This document shows positions 1-8,461 of a stretch of 64,000 nucleotides of DNA, one piece after another. Made by a program: the position numbers and the translations under genes. The notes below the pieces were generated by a model. It ran no database searches, was not told the origin of the DNA, and saw only the letters and a program-made list of their open reading frames with translations. Positions within the stretch are counted from its first letter, which is position 1, and each line of letters begins with the position of its first letter. The stretch covers positions 2,403-66,402 of the forward strand of contig SFFV01000010.1 in the NCBI GenBank assembly GCA_004557735.1, read 5' to 3'. This DNA comes from Clostridiales bacterium (GTDB taxonomy: Bacteria; Bacillota; Clostridia; Oscillospirales; Oscillospiraceae).

Positions 1-949
1 ACTGCGTGTTGGAATTGGCGTTCCAGTGCGCGGTAAGCGTAACGGAATCGGTCAGCGTGCCGCCGAAGGCAAACGCCGTGTCGCCGTTATACCAGCCGGC
101 GAACGTGTAGCCGGGGCGGGTCGGCGTGCCGGGGTCCTTCGTGGCGGTCTCGGACGTATAGAACACCGGCGCATAGTAGGTGCCGCCCGCGGAGTCGAAC
201 GTGAGCCAGTGGCCCTCTTCGACCTTGGCGTACACAAAAACGTTCGCGTCCGTCAGCGCAACGGTATCGGCGCGCTGCGTGCAGCCGGCGTCAAAGTACC
301 AGCCGGTGATGGCGAGCGTCGGGCTCTCCAGACCGTACGTCACGCCGACGGTGCTGACGCTCTCGCCGCTCTTGCTCTCCTTCGTCAGAACGACACGGCC
401 GTTCTGATCGACGAAGAATACATACAGTACTTCCTCGAACCGCGCCTCGACGGTGATTTCCTCCGAGGCGGTGACGCCGCTCACGGTGCCGAAAACGCTG
501 TCGGCGAGCGGCGTGTCGGTGCCCGCTATGTACCAGCCGATGAATTTATACCCGTCCTTCTCGGGCGAGGCGGGGCGGTGGAGCGTGTCGCCGTCCGTGA
601 CGATCTGCTGTGATACCACCGCGCCGTCCACCGTGAAGGTGTAGGTGAGATACTTCTCGGTATCCGGCTTGACGATCCTCATGGGAGAAGCGATGAGCCC
701 CTCGCCCTGAGAGGATTCATCGTCCTGGGCGGAGTTTTCGTCCTGAGCGAGGTTTTCATCCTGAGAGGGCTCCTCGTCCTGGGCGGGGTCATTGTCCCCG
801 GTCGGGGCAGGATCGTCTCCGTTTTCCGAAAGAAGCGTTTCCTCTGCCGGGATATTCTCCTCGTCCCCGATAGCAACGGCGTTCACCGGGAGCAGGGAAA
901 ACATCATGCATACTGCCATCAGCAGTGCGATCAGATTCCTCTTTTTCAT
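1..949 (-). CDS. secreted repeat protein (signal peptide, acidic Q/D/E-rich linker, Listeria-Bacteroides / Flg_new-type repeats); C-terminus lies outside the window
   Basis: Own minus-strand translation from ATG 947-949 (AGGAGG 5 nt upstream): MKKRNLIALLMAVCMMFSLLPVNAVA..., then repeated ...GYKFIGWY... and ...GYTFAGWYNGDTAF... modules. The frame stays open to nt 1, so it is missing from the complete-ORF track. Confidence 0.7.
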   Translation of the reverse strand, partial: MKKRNLIALLMAVCMMFSLLPVNAVAIGDEENIPAEETLLSENGDDPAPTGDNDPAQDEEPSQDENLAQDENSAQDDESSQGEGLIASPMRIVKPDTEKYLTYTFTVDGAVVSQQIVTDGDTLHRPASPEKDGYKFIGWYIAGTDTPLADSVFGTVSGVTASEEITVEARFEEVLYVFFVDQNGRVVLTKESKSGESVSTVGVTYGLESPTLAITGWYFDAGCTQRADTVALTDANVFVYAKVEEGHWLTFDSAGGTYYAPVFYTSETATKDPGTPTRPGYTFAGWYNGDTAFAFGGTLTDSVTLTAHWNANSNTQ

Positions 950-1194
950 GCGGTCCTCCTATTTTGCTTACCTCTCCCGCTTTGCGGGCGGGTTCGGAAG
1001 AATATCTGCGGTTTTTTGCTGTGCCGGAACAGAGCGTTTCCGCGCATAGGTATAGCTGTCCCACTTTGGGGCTTCATTATACACGATGCCGAGGTTTTTT
1101 TCCATAGGTTTACGTAATTTTTTATTATTTGTAACCTTGCCTCTCCCGGGAAGGGCGCACGTTTCCATACTATTATATTATAGACCCCGGGGGG

Positions 1195-1968
1195 TTATTC
1201 CGCCTTTTTCCCCTCGCGCGTTTTGATGCGCTCGTGCGGCGTGGGGCCCCAGCCGTCAAGCGGCAGACGCTGCATCGCGCCGAACACCTTGCTCCGCAGA
1301 TCCGGGTACTGCGCCGAGAGCGCCGTGAGCAGGTCCTTGATCTCCTGCCGCTTGGAGGTGCGGTCCATCGGGCAGGTGCTCTTCACGACCGGCAGGCCGA
1401 GCTGTTTGGCCAGATTCGCGCTGCGCTGCTCGCCGATGTACAAAAGCGGGCGGATCTGCGTCACGTCCGCGCGGGACATGTACGTCACCGGCTTGAAGCA
1501 GCTGAGCCGCCCCTCGAACAGGAGCGACATCATAAACGTCTCCACGGCGTCGTCAAAGTGGTGGCCGAGCGCGAGCTTGTTGCAGCCGTGCTCCTTCATC
1601 GTTGTGTTCAGCGCGCCGCGGCGCATTTTCGAGCAGAGCGAGCACGGGTTTTCCTCCTGCCGTGCGTCGAACACGATCTCGCGGATATCCGTCGGAACGC
1701 GGGTGTACGGGACGCCGAGCTCTCCGCACATCTTTTCCACGCCGGAGAAATCCATGCCGGGGAAGCCGGTGTCGATCGTGATGCCCTCAAGAGCGAACGG
1801 CGCAGGGTAATACCGGCGCAGATACGCGAGCGCGGCGAGCAGCACGAGCGAGTCCTTGCCGCCGGAAATGCCCACGGCGATACGGTCGCCGGGGGCGATC
1901 ATGCCGTAATCGTCCACACACCGGCGCACAACGCCGGTAAACGCATTGAGAGAATCCATGATATGCAC
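1195..1968 (-). CDS. ttcA: PP-loop ATPase, tRNA 2-thiocytidine biosynthesis TtcA family
   Basis: 257-aa ORF with SGGKDS PP-loop, CSLC and STCP cysteine motifs, and GHHFDD. Confidence 0.75.
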   Translation of the reverse strand: MHIMDSLNAFTGVVRRCVDDYGMIAPGDRIAVGISGGKDSLVLLAALAYLRRYYPAPFALEGITIDTGFPGMDFSGVEKMCGELGVPYTRVPTDIREIVFDARQEENPCSLCSKMRRGALNTTMKEHGCNKLALGHHFDDAVETFMMSLLFEGRLSCFKPVTYMSRADVTQIRPLLYIGEQRSANLAKQLGLPVVKSTCPMDRTSKRQEIKDLLTALSAQYPDLRSKVFGAMQRLPLDGWGPTPHERIKTREGKKAE

Positions 1969-2073
1969 CTCAAAAAATCAAAAAATGAAACGGAGAAAAA
2001 CGGAGCATTCACGAGAAAAACGGAGCATTTGCGAGCTTGTCTCGCCGTAAATAAAAATTTCGGAAAACGGGGG

Positions 2074-2102
2074 TTGACACCGAAAGGGCGCTGTGTTATA
2101 AA
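2074..2102 (+). promoter_or_regulatory. sigma-A type promoter for rplM-rpsI
   Basis: TTGACA (2074-2079), 17-nt spacer, TATAAA (2097-2102) preceded by TGT. It lies about 80 nt upstream of the rplM start. Confidence 0.5.
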
Positions 2103-2183
2103 AATAGAGCGCGTCTTGAGGGTATATTGTACCCGCCGCGCCTTGAAAAAGCAAGAAAAAACAATGATATTGGAGGCACATCA

Positions 2184-2615
2184 ATGTCCACTACGATGGT
2201 CAGAAAAGAGGACGTCGTCCGCAAGTGGTACGTTCTCGACGCGGCCGGCAAGCCCCTCGGCAAGACCGCCGCTCTCGCCGCCGACCTGCTGCGCGGCAAG
2301 CGCAAGGTCGACTACACGCCGCACGTTGACTGCGGTGACTTTGTCATCATCATCAACGCGAAGGACGCCGTTCTCACCGGCAACAAGCTCACCCAGAAGT
2401 ACTACCGCACCCACTCCGGTTACGCCGGCGGTCTCAAGGAGACCCGTTACGACCGCCTGATGGCGACCCGCCCCACTCTCGCCATGACGCTCGCCGTCCG
2501 CGGCATGCTGGCGAAGAACCCCACCCAGAAATGGCAGCTCCGTCGTCTGAAGGTCTTTGCCGGCAATGAGCACAAGCACGCCGCGCAGAAGCCCGAAGTC
2601 TGGACGGCCGAATAA
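2184..2615 (+). CDS. rplM: 50S ribosomal protein L13
   Basis: ORF 2127..2615 trimmed to ATG 2184 (GGAGG 7 nt upstream). Starts [20 protein letters not shown]..., typical of L13. Confidence 0.95.
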   Translation: MSTTMVRKEDVVRKWYVLDAAGKPLGKTAALAADLLRGKRKVDYTPHVDCGDFVIIINAKDAVLTGNKLTQKYYRTHSGYAGGLKETRYDRLMATRPTLAMTLAVRGMLAKNPTQKWQLRRLKVFAGNEHKHAAQKPEVWTAE

Positions 2616-2635
2616 GGAAAGGAGGAAATTTTAGC

Positions 2636-3046
2636 ATGGCTACCTATCAGAGCAAGCGTCCCTACGCTTACGGCACCGGCCGTCGGAAATCCTCCACCGC
2701 CCGTGTCCACCTCATCCCCAACGGCAGCGGCAGTATCACCATCAACGGCCGCACGCTGGACGAGTACTTCGGTCTCGAGACTCTGAAGCTCATCGTCCGT
2801 CAGCCTCTCGCCGCCACCGAGACGACCGAGAAGTTTGACGTGGAAGCCACCGTCGCCGGCGGCGGCATGACCGGCCAGGCCGGCGCGATCCGTCACGGCA
2901 TCGCCCGCGCCCTGCTCAAGGTCGACGAGAACTACCGCGGCACCCTCAAGGCCGCCGGTTATCTCACCCGCGATCCGCGCATGAAAGAGCGCAAGAAGTA
3001 CGGTCTCAAAGCAGCCCGCCGCGCTCCGCAGTTCAGCAAGCGCTAA
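2636..3046 (+). CDS. rpsI: 30S ribosomal protein S9
   Basis: 136 aa ending ...RRAPQFSKR, with [19 protein letters not shown]. Sits directly after rplM as in most bacteria. Confidence 0.95.
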   Translation: MATYQSKRPYAYGTGRRKSSTARVHLIPNGSGSITINGRTLDEYFGLETLKLIVRQPLAATETTEKFDVEATVAGGGMTGQAGAIRHGIARALLKVDENYRGTLKAAGYLTRDPRMKERKKYGLKAARRAPQFSKR

Positions 3047-3055
3047 AAACGCCGA

Positions 3056-3096
3056 AAAACCCCGGAATCTCAACGGTTTCCGGGGTTTTCCCTTTT
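3056..3096 (+). terminator. rho-independent terminator of rplM-rpsI
   Basis: Perfect 12-bp stem AAAACCCCGGAA / TTCCGGGGTTTT (3056-3067 / 3078-3089) followed by a T-rich tract. Confidence 0.75.
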
Positions 3097-3302
3097 CACG
3101 AGGTTTGACGCGATTTGTCTTGATTTATACCGATTTATATCGGTTAAAAATGGGCTAATTTTCTAGCTGACGAGTAGGGCTGACTGAAAACTCTTAGGCT
3201 CCTTCGTTTTAACTCATAGTCACCGCCAACAAGAACATTTCTGAGAGATCTCGTTTGTCCTGATTTGTCTGAATTTGACCAAATGCAATACGGTTTATAC
3301 CG

Positions 3303-3335
3303 GCGCTCAGTACCGGTTCGTACTGAGCGCTTTTT
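3303..3335 (+). terminator. terminator-like hairpin inside the fragment region
   Basis: 11-bp stem GCGCTCAGTAC / GTACTGAGCGC with a 6-nt loop, followed by TTTTT. Confidence 0.5.
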
Positions 3336-3356
3336 GCGTTTAAGGAGGATTCAGAT

Positions 3357-3560
3357 ATGAACAAGAAAATTGAGACCGTAACTGACATCCGCTTGGGAAA
3401 GCTGCTTCCTTTCCAAGAGAATCCCTTTCTCGTTAGAGACGATGAGCAGATGGCAATAATTGTGGAGAGCATCCGCAGTGTGGGCGTTCTGGTTCCGGCG
3501 ATTGTTCGTCCTGTAGAGGGCCGGTTATTTGAAATCATTGCAGGACATCGAAGAAAACAT
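3357..3560 (+). pseudogene. N-terminal fragment of a ParB-like nuclease-domain protein (ICE / conjugative-element type)
   Basis: The first ~67 aa of ORF 3357..3944 read ...LLPFQENPFLVRDDEQMAIIVESIRSVGVLVPAIVRPVEGRLFEIIAGHRRKH, a ParB N-terminal domain pattern. Similarity stops after ~nt 3560 and the rest of the ORF is unrelated high-GC sequence. Good RBS AAGGAGG at 3342-3348. Confidence 0.5.
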
Positions 3561-3951
3561 ACCTGTGAACTGCTTGAGCTCCTTCTCCACGTAGCTGCAA
3601 GCCACTTCGAGCATCGCCGCTCGCTCCTGCCCGAACGCCTCGCCGTATTTCTCCGACATGATACCGGAGGCCATGGCGTCGTAGTACTGCGCCGCGATAA
3701 GAAAGCTGTGACTTCCCCTCTCTTTGTGAACAAAGGATCCGCTGTACGGAAGCCCGTACAGCGGATCTCCGCTTATCAAAGAAGCCTCGCAGAGTTTGCG
3801 CCCGTAAGTGCAAAGGAAACGGAAATCATTTTCTCCGGCGGCGTGTACGTCGGAGAAAATACATTTCGGCTCGCGGCAGTCTTTTCAAACGAAAGCCCAG
3901 TGAAACGGCTCTCGTTTGAGGACTTGTCAAAAACATTTTTTTGACAAGCTC

Positions 3952-3991
3952 AAGTCCCGCCGGTCAGTTTTTTTGACCGGCGGGACTTTTG
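3952..3991. terminator. strong hairpin between the fragment region and the convergent gtrA-family gene
   Basis: 15-bp stem AAGTCCCGCCGGTCA / TGACCGGCGGGACTT with a T-rich loop, followed by TTTT on the plus strand. Confidence 0.55.
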
Positions 3992-4002
3992 GGCTTTGCG
4001 CC

Positions 4003-4425
4003 TTATGTTTCTTTTTTCTTGAAGATGAAGAACTTGCTCAAAATATAATTGAGGATGACGACGATGACGTTGGACGCGAGCTTCATCACCATATCGTTCC
4101 AGCCGAGCAGATCGACACACAGGTACATGAGGAGCATATCCAGAAGTCCCGTGCCGACGCGTGCGCCGACAAACGCGGCGAACTCCTTGCCGATCTCCTT
4201 TGCGCCCTTTGCCTCGCTGCGAAATACCCAGCGGCGGTTCGTCACATAGGCGAACAGCACGCTCAGCACCCACGCGGCGGCCGTGCTGAATACCGTGCCG
4301 CAGCCGAGCGGATGCGCGAACAGCCAGTAGGAGACATAGTTTACCGCCGTCGTGAGTACGCCGAAGATCACATAGGGAACGAGATCCTTGTATTTCGCAT
4401 AGAGAGCCTTCAGCTTTTCGTTCAC
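4003..4425 (-). CDS. GtrA-family polytopic membrane protein (putative polyprenol-sugar flippase family)
   Basis: 140 aa with four hydrophobic segments and ...YVTNRRWVFRS... and ...NYILSKFFIFKK, typical of GtrA-like proteins. Confidence 0.8.
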   Translation of the reverse strand: MNEKLKALYAKYKDLVPYVIFGVLTTAVNYVSYWLFAHPLGCGTVFSTAAAWVLSVLFAYVTNRRWVFRSEAKGAKEIGKEFAAFVGARVGTGLLDMLLMYLCVDLLGWNDMVMKLASNVIVVILNYILSKFFIFKKKET

Positions 4426-4434
4426 TTTCTCACC

Positions 4435-5262
4435 TCATAATTCGATCGTGCGCGGCGTCTCCTCCGGGTCATGCCCGAAGAGGACGGCGGCGCAGTCCTT
4501 CTCGCGGCTCATCTCCGTGAGCCAGGCGAGCGAGCGCTTCTGAAATTCGTGATTAAACCCCGCGAGCGGCACATTCTCCGTGCCGAGTACATCCCGACAC
4601 ACCGCAACGGATGACTGCACGAGCGCGAATTTCCCGCTCGGTGAATTCACGCGCAGGACGCACGCGCCCTCGGTATAGCCCGGCGTACTGATGCAGAGGA
4701 TGCTCCCGTCGCCGAGCAGATCCCACGTCCGGCGAAACGGTCCGTCCGGCACGCCGCGGTAATAGAATGGTTTTACCGGCAGGTGCTCCCAAAGCGAACG
4801 CGGCTGCCGCAGCGCGTATACGGTGCGCGGCGTCCAGTACTTCTCCTGCTCCGGCAGCTCGATGCGCGGCGCGTCCCGCACCTCGTCCACGCCCGCAACG
4901 TGATCCGGCTCCAGCGACGTGAGCAATACCGTTTCCAGCCCAGCAGGGGAGAAGCCGAGACTTTCGAGCTGCTCGCGCACGCTCCATCCCGGCGGCGTGA
5001 CCGGCTGCCAGTACGCGCACAGGTGCGGCGGGAGCTTGGCGCGCGCCGCGGCGTGGTCGTATACCCCCGCGGGGCTGATCGCGCGGCCCCAGCCGGTATC
5101 GACGAGCACCGGCTTATGGTTCGGCGTCTCAATGAGAAACGCGCTCACCGGCAGTTCCACGCGGCCGCGCCGGACGTACCGTTTCGGCACGCCCGGATAC
5201 GCCGCCGCCGGGGGAGTCATCGTTCCGCAGCGCAGGATACGGATGCGGACGGTGTTTTTCAT
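4435..5262 (-). CDS. metallo-beta-lactamase-fold protein with degenerate metal-binding motifs
   Basis: 275 aa with overall MBL / AHL-lactonase-like layout (LVDTGWG, TPGYTEGA, LFGHD). HxHxDH is replaced by SLEPDH. Confidence 0.65.
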   Translation of the reverse strand: MKNTVRIRILRCGTMTPPAAAYPGVPKRYVRRGRVELPVSAFLIETPNHKPVLVDTGWGRAISPAGVYDHAAARAKLPPHLCAYWQPVTPPGWSVREQLESLGFSPAGLETVLLTSLEPDHVAGVDEVRDAPRIELPEQEKYWTPRTVYALRQPRSLWEHLPVKPFYYRGVPDGPFRRTWDLLGDGSILCISTPGYTEGACVLRVNSPSGKFALVQSSVAVCRDVLGTENVPLAGFNHEFQKRSLAWLTEMSREKDCAAVLFGHDPEETPRTIEL

Positions 5263-5289
5263 AGCCTGATCCCGTGGAAATTTTGGAAA

Positions 5290-6591
5290 TTACTTCTTTT
5301 CAAGGTGGTCCTTGCCGCCCATGTACGGACGAAGCGGTTCGGGGATATCGACGCTGCCGTCGGCGTGCAGGTGGTTTTCGAGGAACGCGATGAGCATGCG
5401 CGGGGGAGCGACGACGGTGTTGTTGAGCGTATGCGCGAGATAGAGCTTGCCGTCCTCGCCGCGAACGCGGATCTTCAGCCGGCGCGCCTGCGCGTCGCCG
5501 AGATTCGAGCAGGAGCAGACCTCAAAATACTTCTTCTGGCGCGGGCTCCACGCCTCGATATCGCAGCTTTTGACCTTGAGATCGGCGAGATCGCCCGAGC
5601 AGCATTCAAGCTGCCGCACCGGGATCTCCAGCGAGCGGAACAGCTCGACGCTGTAGCGCCACATCTTCTCGTACCAGTCCATGCTCTCCTCGGGCTTGCA
5701 CACGACGATCATTTCCTGCTTTTCAAACTGGTGGATGCGGTACACGCCGCGCTCCTCGATGCCGTGCGCGCCCTTTTCCTTGCGGAAGCAGGGGGAGTAG
5801 CTCGTGTAGGTGATGGGAAGCTCCTTTTCCGGCACGATGCGGTCGATGAACGAGCCGATCATGGAATGCTCGCTCGTGCCGATGAGATAGAGATCCTCGC
5901 CCTCGATCTTGTACATCATGGCGTCCATATCGTTCTGGGACATGACGCCCTGCACCACGTCGCCGTGGATCATGTAGGGGGGGATGTAGTAGACAAATCC
6001 CTTGTCGATCATAAAGTCGCGCGCATACGCCAGCACCGCGGAGTGCAGCCGGGCGATATCGCCGCGCAGGTAATAGAATCCGTTGCCGGACACGCGGCGC
6101 GCCGCGTCGAGATCGATGCCGTTGAAGCTCTCCATGATCTCGGTATGGTAGGGGATCTCAAACTCCGGCACTTTCGCCTCGCCGAAGCGCTGCACCTCGA
6201 CGTTGCAGCTGTCGTCCGGCCCGATGGGGACGCTCGGATCGATCATCTGCGGGATGAGCATCATGCGTTTGGTAAGCTCGGCTTCGTACTGCGGCTCGAG
6301 TTTTTCCAGCTCGGCCAGACGCGCGGCCTCGCGCGCGACCTCGGCCTTGACGTCCTCGGCCTCTTCCAGCTTGGAGGGGTCCTTTTTCGCCTGACCCATC
6401 AGCATGCCGATCTTCTTGGAAAGGGCGTTGCGGTTGGCGCGAAGCTCGTTCGCTTCGGTCTTTGCCGCGCGCAGCTTCCCGTCCAGCTCCAGCACCTCGT
6501 CCACAAGGGGGAGCTTCCTGTCCTGAAACTTTTTGCGGATGTTCCCGCGCACAAGCTCCGGGTTCTCACGAATAAATCGAATGTCCAGCAT
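5290..6591 (-). CDS. serS: seryl-tRNA synthetase
   Basis: 433 aa with N-terminal coiled-coil arm (MLDIRFIRENPELV...) and class II core motifs (FRKEKGAHG..., GDLA, NNTVVAPPR). Confidence 0.95.
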   Translation of the reverse strand: MLDIRFIRENPELVRGNIRKKFQDRKLPLVDEVLELDGKLRAAKTEANELRANRNALSKKIGMLMGQAKKDPSKLEEAEDVKAEVAREAARLAELEKLEPQYEAELTKRMMLIPQMIDPSVPIGPDDSCNVEVQRFGEAKVPEFEIPYHTEIMESFNGIDLDAARRVSGNGFYYLRGDIARLHSAVLAYARDFMIDKGFVYYIPPYMIHGDVVQGVMSQNDMDAMMYKIEGEDLYLIGTSEHSMIGSFIDRIVPEKELPITYTSYSPCFRKEKGAHGIEERGVYRIHQFEKQEMIVVCKPEESMDWYEKMWRYSVELFRSLEIPVRQLECCSGDLADLKVKSCDIEAWSPRQKKYFEVCSCSNLGDAQARRLKIRVRGEDGKLYLAHTLNNTVVAPPRMLIAFLENHLHADGSVDIPEPLRPYMGGKDHLEKK

Positions 6592-6609
6592 GGTATTTTC
6601 TCCTCAAAG

Positions 6610-7503
6610 TTATTTCTTTTTCCAGGGCATGTCCATCTTTTTCAGCGCGTCCATCAGCGCCTCGCGGTCGTCGGCGGAGTAGAACTCCAGCGCGATGCGG
6701 CCCTTTTTCTGGCCGCCCTGGAACTTTACGCCGCGGCCGAGCGCGTCGCTGAGCGCTTTTTCCGCCTCGCGGACGTAATCCACGACCGGCGGCTTTTTTT
6801 CCTCTTTTTCCGGCCGCTCCGCCTGCCGAAGCAGGGACGCGACGAGCGTTTCCGTCTGCCGGACGCTCAGAGCCCGCGATTCGACCTCGGCGGCCGCCTT
6901 TTCGCGCAGCGTCTCGGTTTTGAGCGGCAGAAGCGCCCGCGCGTGCCCGGCGGAGAGCTTCCCGGAGGACACCTTCTTTTGCAGCGTCTCGCCAAGGGAG
7001 AGAAGGCGCAGCGCGTTTGTGACCGCCGGGCGCGATTTCTGCACGCGCGAGGCGACCTGCTCCTGCGTGAGGCCGTAGTCGTCCATGAGCTTTTTATACC
7101 CCGCGGCTTCCTCCATGGGGTTTAAGTCCTCGCGCTGGAGGTTCTCCACAAGCGCAAGCTCCATCGCGAGCCTGTCGTCCGCTTCCAGGATCCGCACCGG
7201 CACTTCCCTGAGCCCCGCCGCGCGCGCCGCGCGCCAGCGCCGTTCGCCGGCTATGATCTGATAGTACCCCTTGTCCAGCGGGCGTACCGTAATGGGCTGG
7301 ATCAGCCCGTATTCGCGGATGGACGCCGCCAGTTCCTCGATCGCCGCGGGGTCAAACTCCCGGCGCGGCTGATCCTTCCGCGGCTCGACCCGCGAGATCG
7401 GCAGGGTCTGCGCCGTTTCCTTTTCGAGGACGTTTTCCTCTTCGCCGAACAGGGCGGAAAGCCCGGTTCCGAGCCGTGACGTCTTTTCCTTTGCCATCTT
7501 CAT
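6610..7503 (-). CDS. spo0J: chromosome partitioning protein ParB / Spo0J
   Basis: 297 aa with ...QPRREFD..., [10 protein letters not shown], and [11 protein letters not shown] ParB box. Sits downstream of soj and overlaps it by 4 nt. Confidence 0.9.
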   Translation of the reverse strand: MKMAKEKTSRLGTGLSALFGEEENVLEKETAQTLPISRVEPRKDQPRREFDPAAIEELAASIREYGLIQPITVRPLDKGYYQIIAGERRWRAARAAGLREVPVRILEADDRLAMELALVENLQREDLNPMEEAAGYKKLMDDYGLTQEQVASRVQKSRPAVTNALRLLSLGETLQKKVSSGKLSAGHARALLPLKTETLREKAAAEVESRALSVRQTETLVASLLRQAERPEKEEKKPPVVDYVREAEKALSDALGRGVKFQGGQKKGRIALEFYSADDREALMDALKKMDMPWKKK

Positions 7504-8255
7504 CCCTGCCTCTGCAAAAATTCCTCGGCGGCGGCGAGATACGCGCGCGCGCCCTTCGACCCGGCGTCGTACTCCGTGATCGGGCGGCCGTGGCTCGGCG
7601 CCTCGGCCAGACGGACGTTGCGCGGGATGACCGTATCGTACACCCGCGCGCCGAAATACCGCCGCAGCTCCTCGGCGACCTGCGTGGAAAAGTTCAGGCG
7701 GTTATCGTACATCGTAAGGAGTATGCCCTCGATATAGAGGTTTTTGTTCAGCCGCCGGTTCGCGATCTTCACCGACGTTGTGAGATCGGCCACGCCCTCC
7801 ATGGCGTAATACTCGCACTGCAGCGGCACGAGCAGACTGTCCGCCGCGGTGAACGCGTTGAGCGTCAGTATGCCCAGCGACGGCGGGCAGTCAATGAATA
7901 TGTAGTCGAAATCGTCCCGGACGGTGTCCAGCGCTTCGCGGAGGCGGTATTCGCGCCGCTCCACGTTCGCAAGCTCGACCTCCGCGCCCGAAAGATCGGT
8001 GTTTGACGGCAGCACCCAGCCGTACGGCAGACGGATGACCGCGTCCTCCGCGCTCGTTCTGCCCATCACGACGTCGTATGCCGTCGGGTTGCTGCGCTTT
8101 GAGACGCCCATGCCGGACGTGCTGTTGCCCTGCGGATCGAAGTCCACAAGCAGCGTTTTTTTGCCGAGTCTCGCCAGCGCCGCCGTGAGATTCACGCTCG
8201 TTGTCGTTTTGCCGACGCCGCCCTTCTGGTTGGCGACGGCAATCACCTTGCCCAT
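7500..8255 (-). CDS. soj: chromosome partitioning ATPase ParA / Soj
   Basis: ORF 7500..8402 trimmed to ATG 8253-8255 (MGKVIAVANQKGGVGKTTT, deviant Walker A near the N-terminus; G-rich RBS upstream). The longer ORF start lies inside a parS site. Confidence 0.9.
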   Translation of the reverse strand: MGKVIAVANQKGGVGKTTTSVNLTAALARLGKKTLLVDFDPQGNSTSGMGVSKRSNPTAYDVVMGRTSAEDAVIRLPYGWVLPSNTDLSGAEVELANVERREYRLREALDTVRDDFDYIFIDCPPSLGILTLNAFTAADSLLVPLQCEYYAMEGVADLTTSVKIANRRLNKNLYIEGILLTMYDNRLNFSTQVAEELRRYFGARVYDTVIPRNVRLAEAPSHGRPITEYDAGSKGARAYLAAAEEFLQRQG

Positions 8256-8385
8256 TTCTTTGCCCCCTTTTGGGTCTTTCTCTTCCGCGTCCTCTTTCGG
8301 AGCAGGATCCGTCAGCCGCGCGGCTGACGGAGGGACCGTTTTCTCAGCACGCTTTATTATAATGACGCGCTCTTCATTTTGCAAC

Positions 8386-8401
8386 TGTTTCACGTGAAAC
8401 A
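8386..8401. promoter_or_regulatory. parS: parS centromere-like site (perfect consensus)
   Basis: TGTTTCACGTGAAACA matches the Firmicute parS consensus TGTTNCACGTGAAACA at all defined positions. Confidence 0.85.
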
Positions 8402-8431
8402 TTTTCGCAACGGCCCGGCAGCGCCGGACAA

Positions 8432-8447
8432 TGTTTCACGTGAAACA
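8432..8447. promoter_or_regulatory. parS: parS centromere-like site (perfect consensus), second copy
   Basis: Identical 16-mer TGTTTCACGTGAAACA, 46 bp from the first copy (start to start). Confidence 0.85.
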
Positions 8448-8461
8448 CCGCGCGGGAAGCG

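Noticed and set aside
3357-3944. Intact 195-aa protein-coding gene
   Set aside because: Only the first ~67 aa are ParB-like. The remainder changes composition abruptly and overlaps an antisense fragment and strong hairpins. I treat it as a chimeric pseudogene rather than a functional gene.
4783-7125. Other long antisense ORFs: 4783-7125 (+), 10979-12184 (-), 12114-14240 (-), 20872-23178 (-), 23305-25866 (+), 34915-36417 (+), 36523-38457 (+), 58275-60896 (-), 60761-62491 (-)
   Set aside because: I checked the phase for 4783-7125, 20872-23178, 23305-25866 and 58275-60896, and each is in codon register with strongly supported sense genes (serS/spo0J, the ABC ATPase, feoB, mfd). The others show the same biased composition and lie opposite confident genes. 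I treat all of them as non-coding.
8256-8402. 49-aa N-terminal extension of Soj (ORF start at 8402, MFHVKQ...)
   Set aside because: The start codon and first codons are the parS palindrome itself. The conserved deviant Walker A would be displaced ~50 aa from the N-terminus, and a better RBS precedes ATG 8255.
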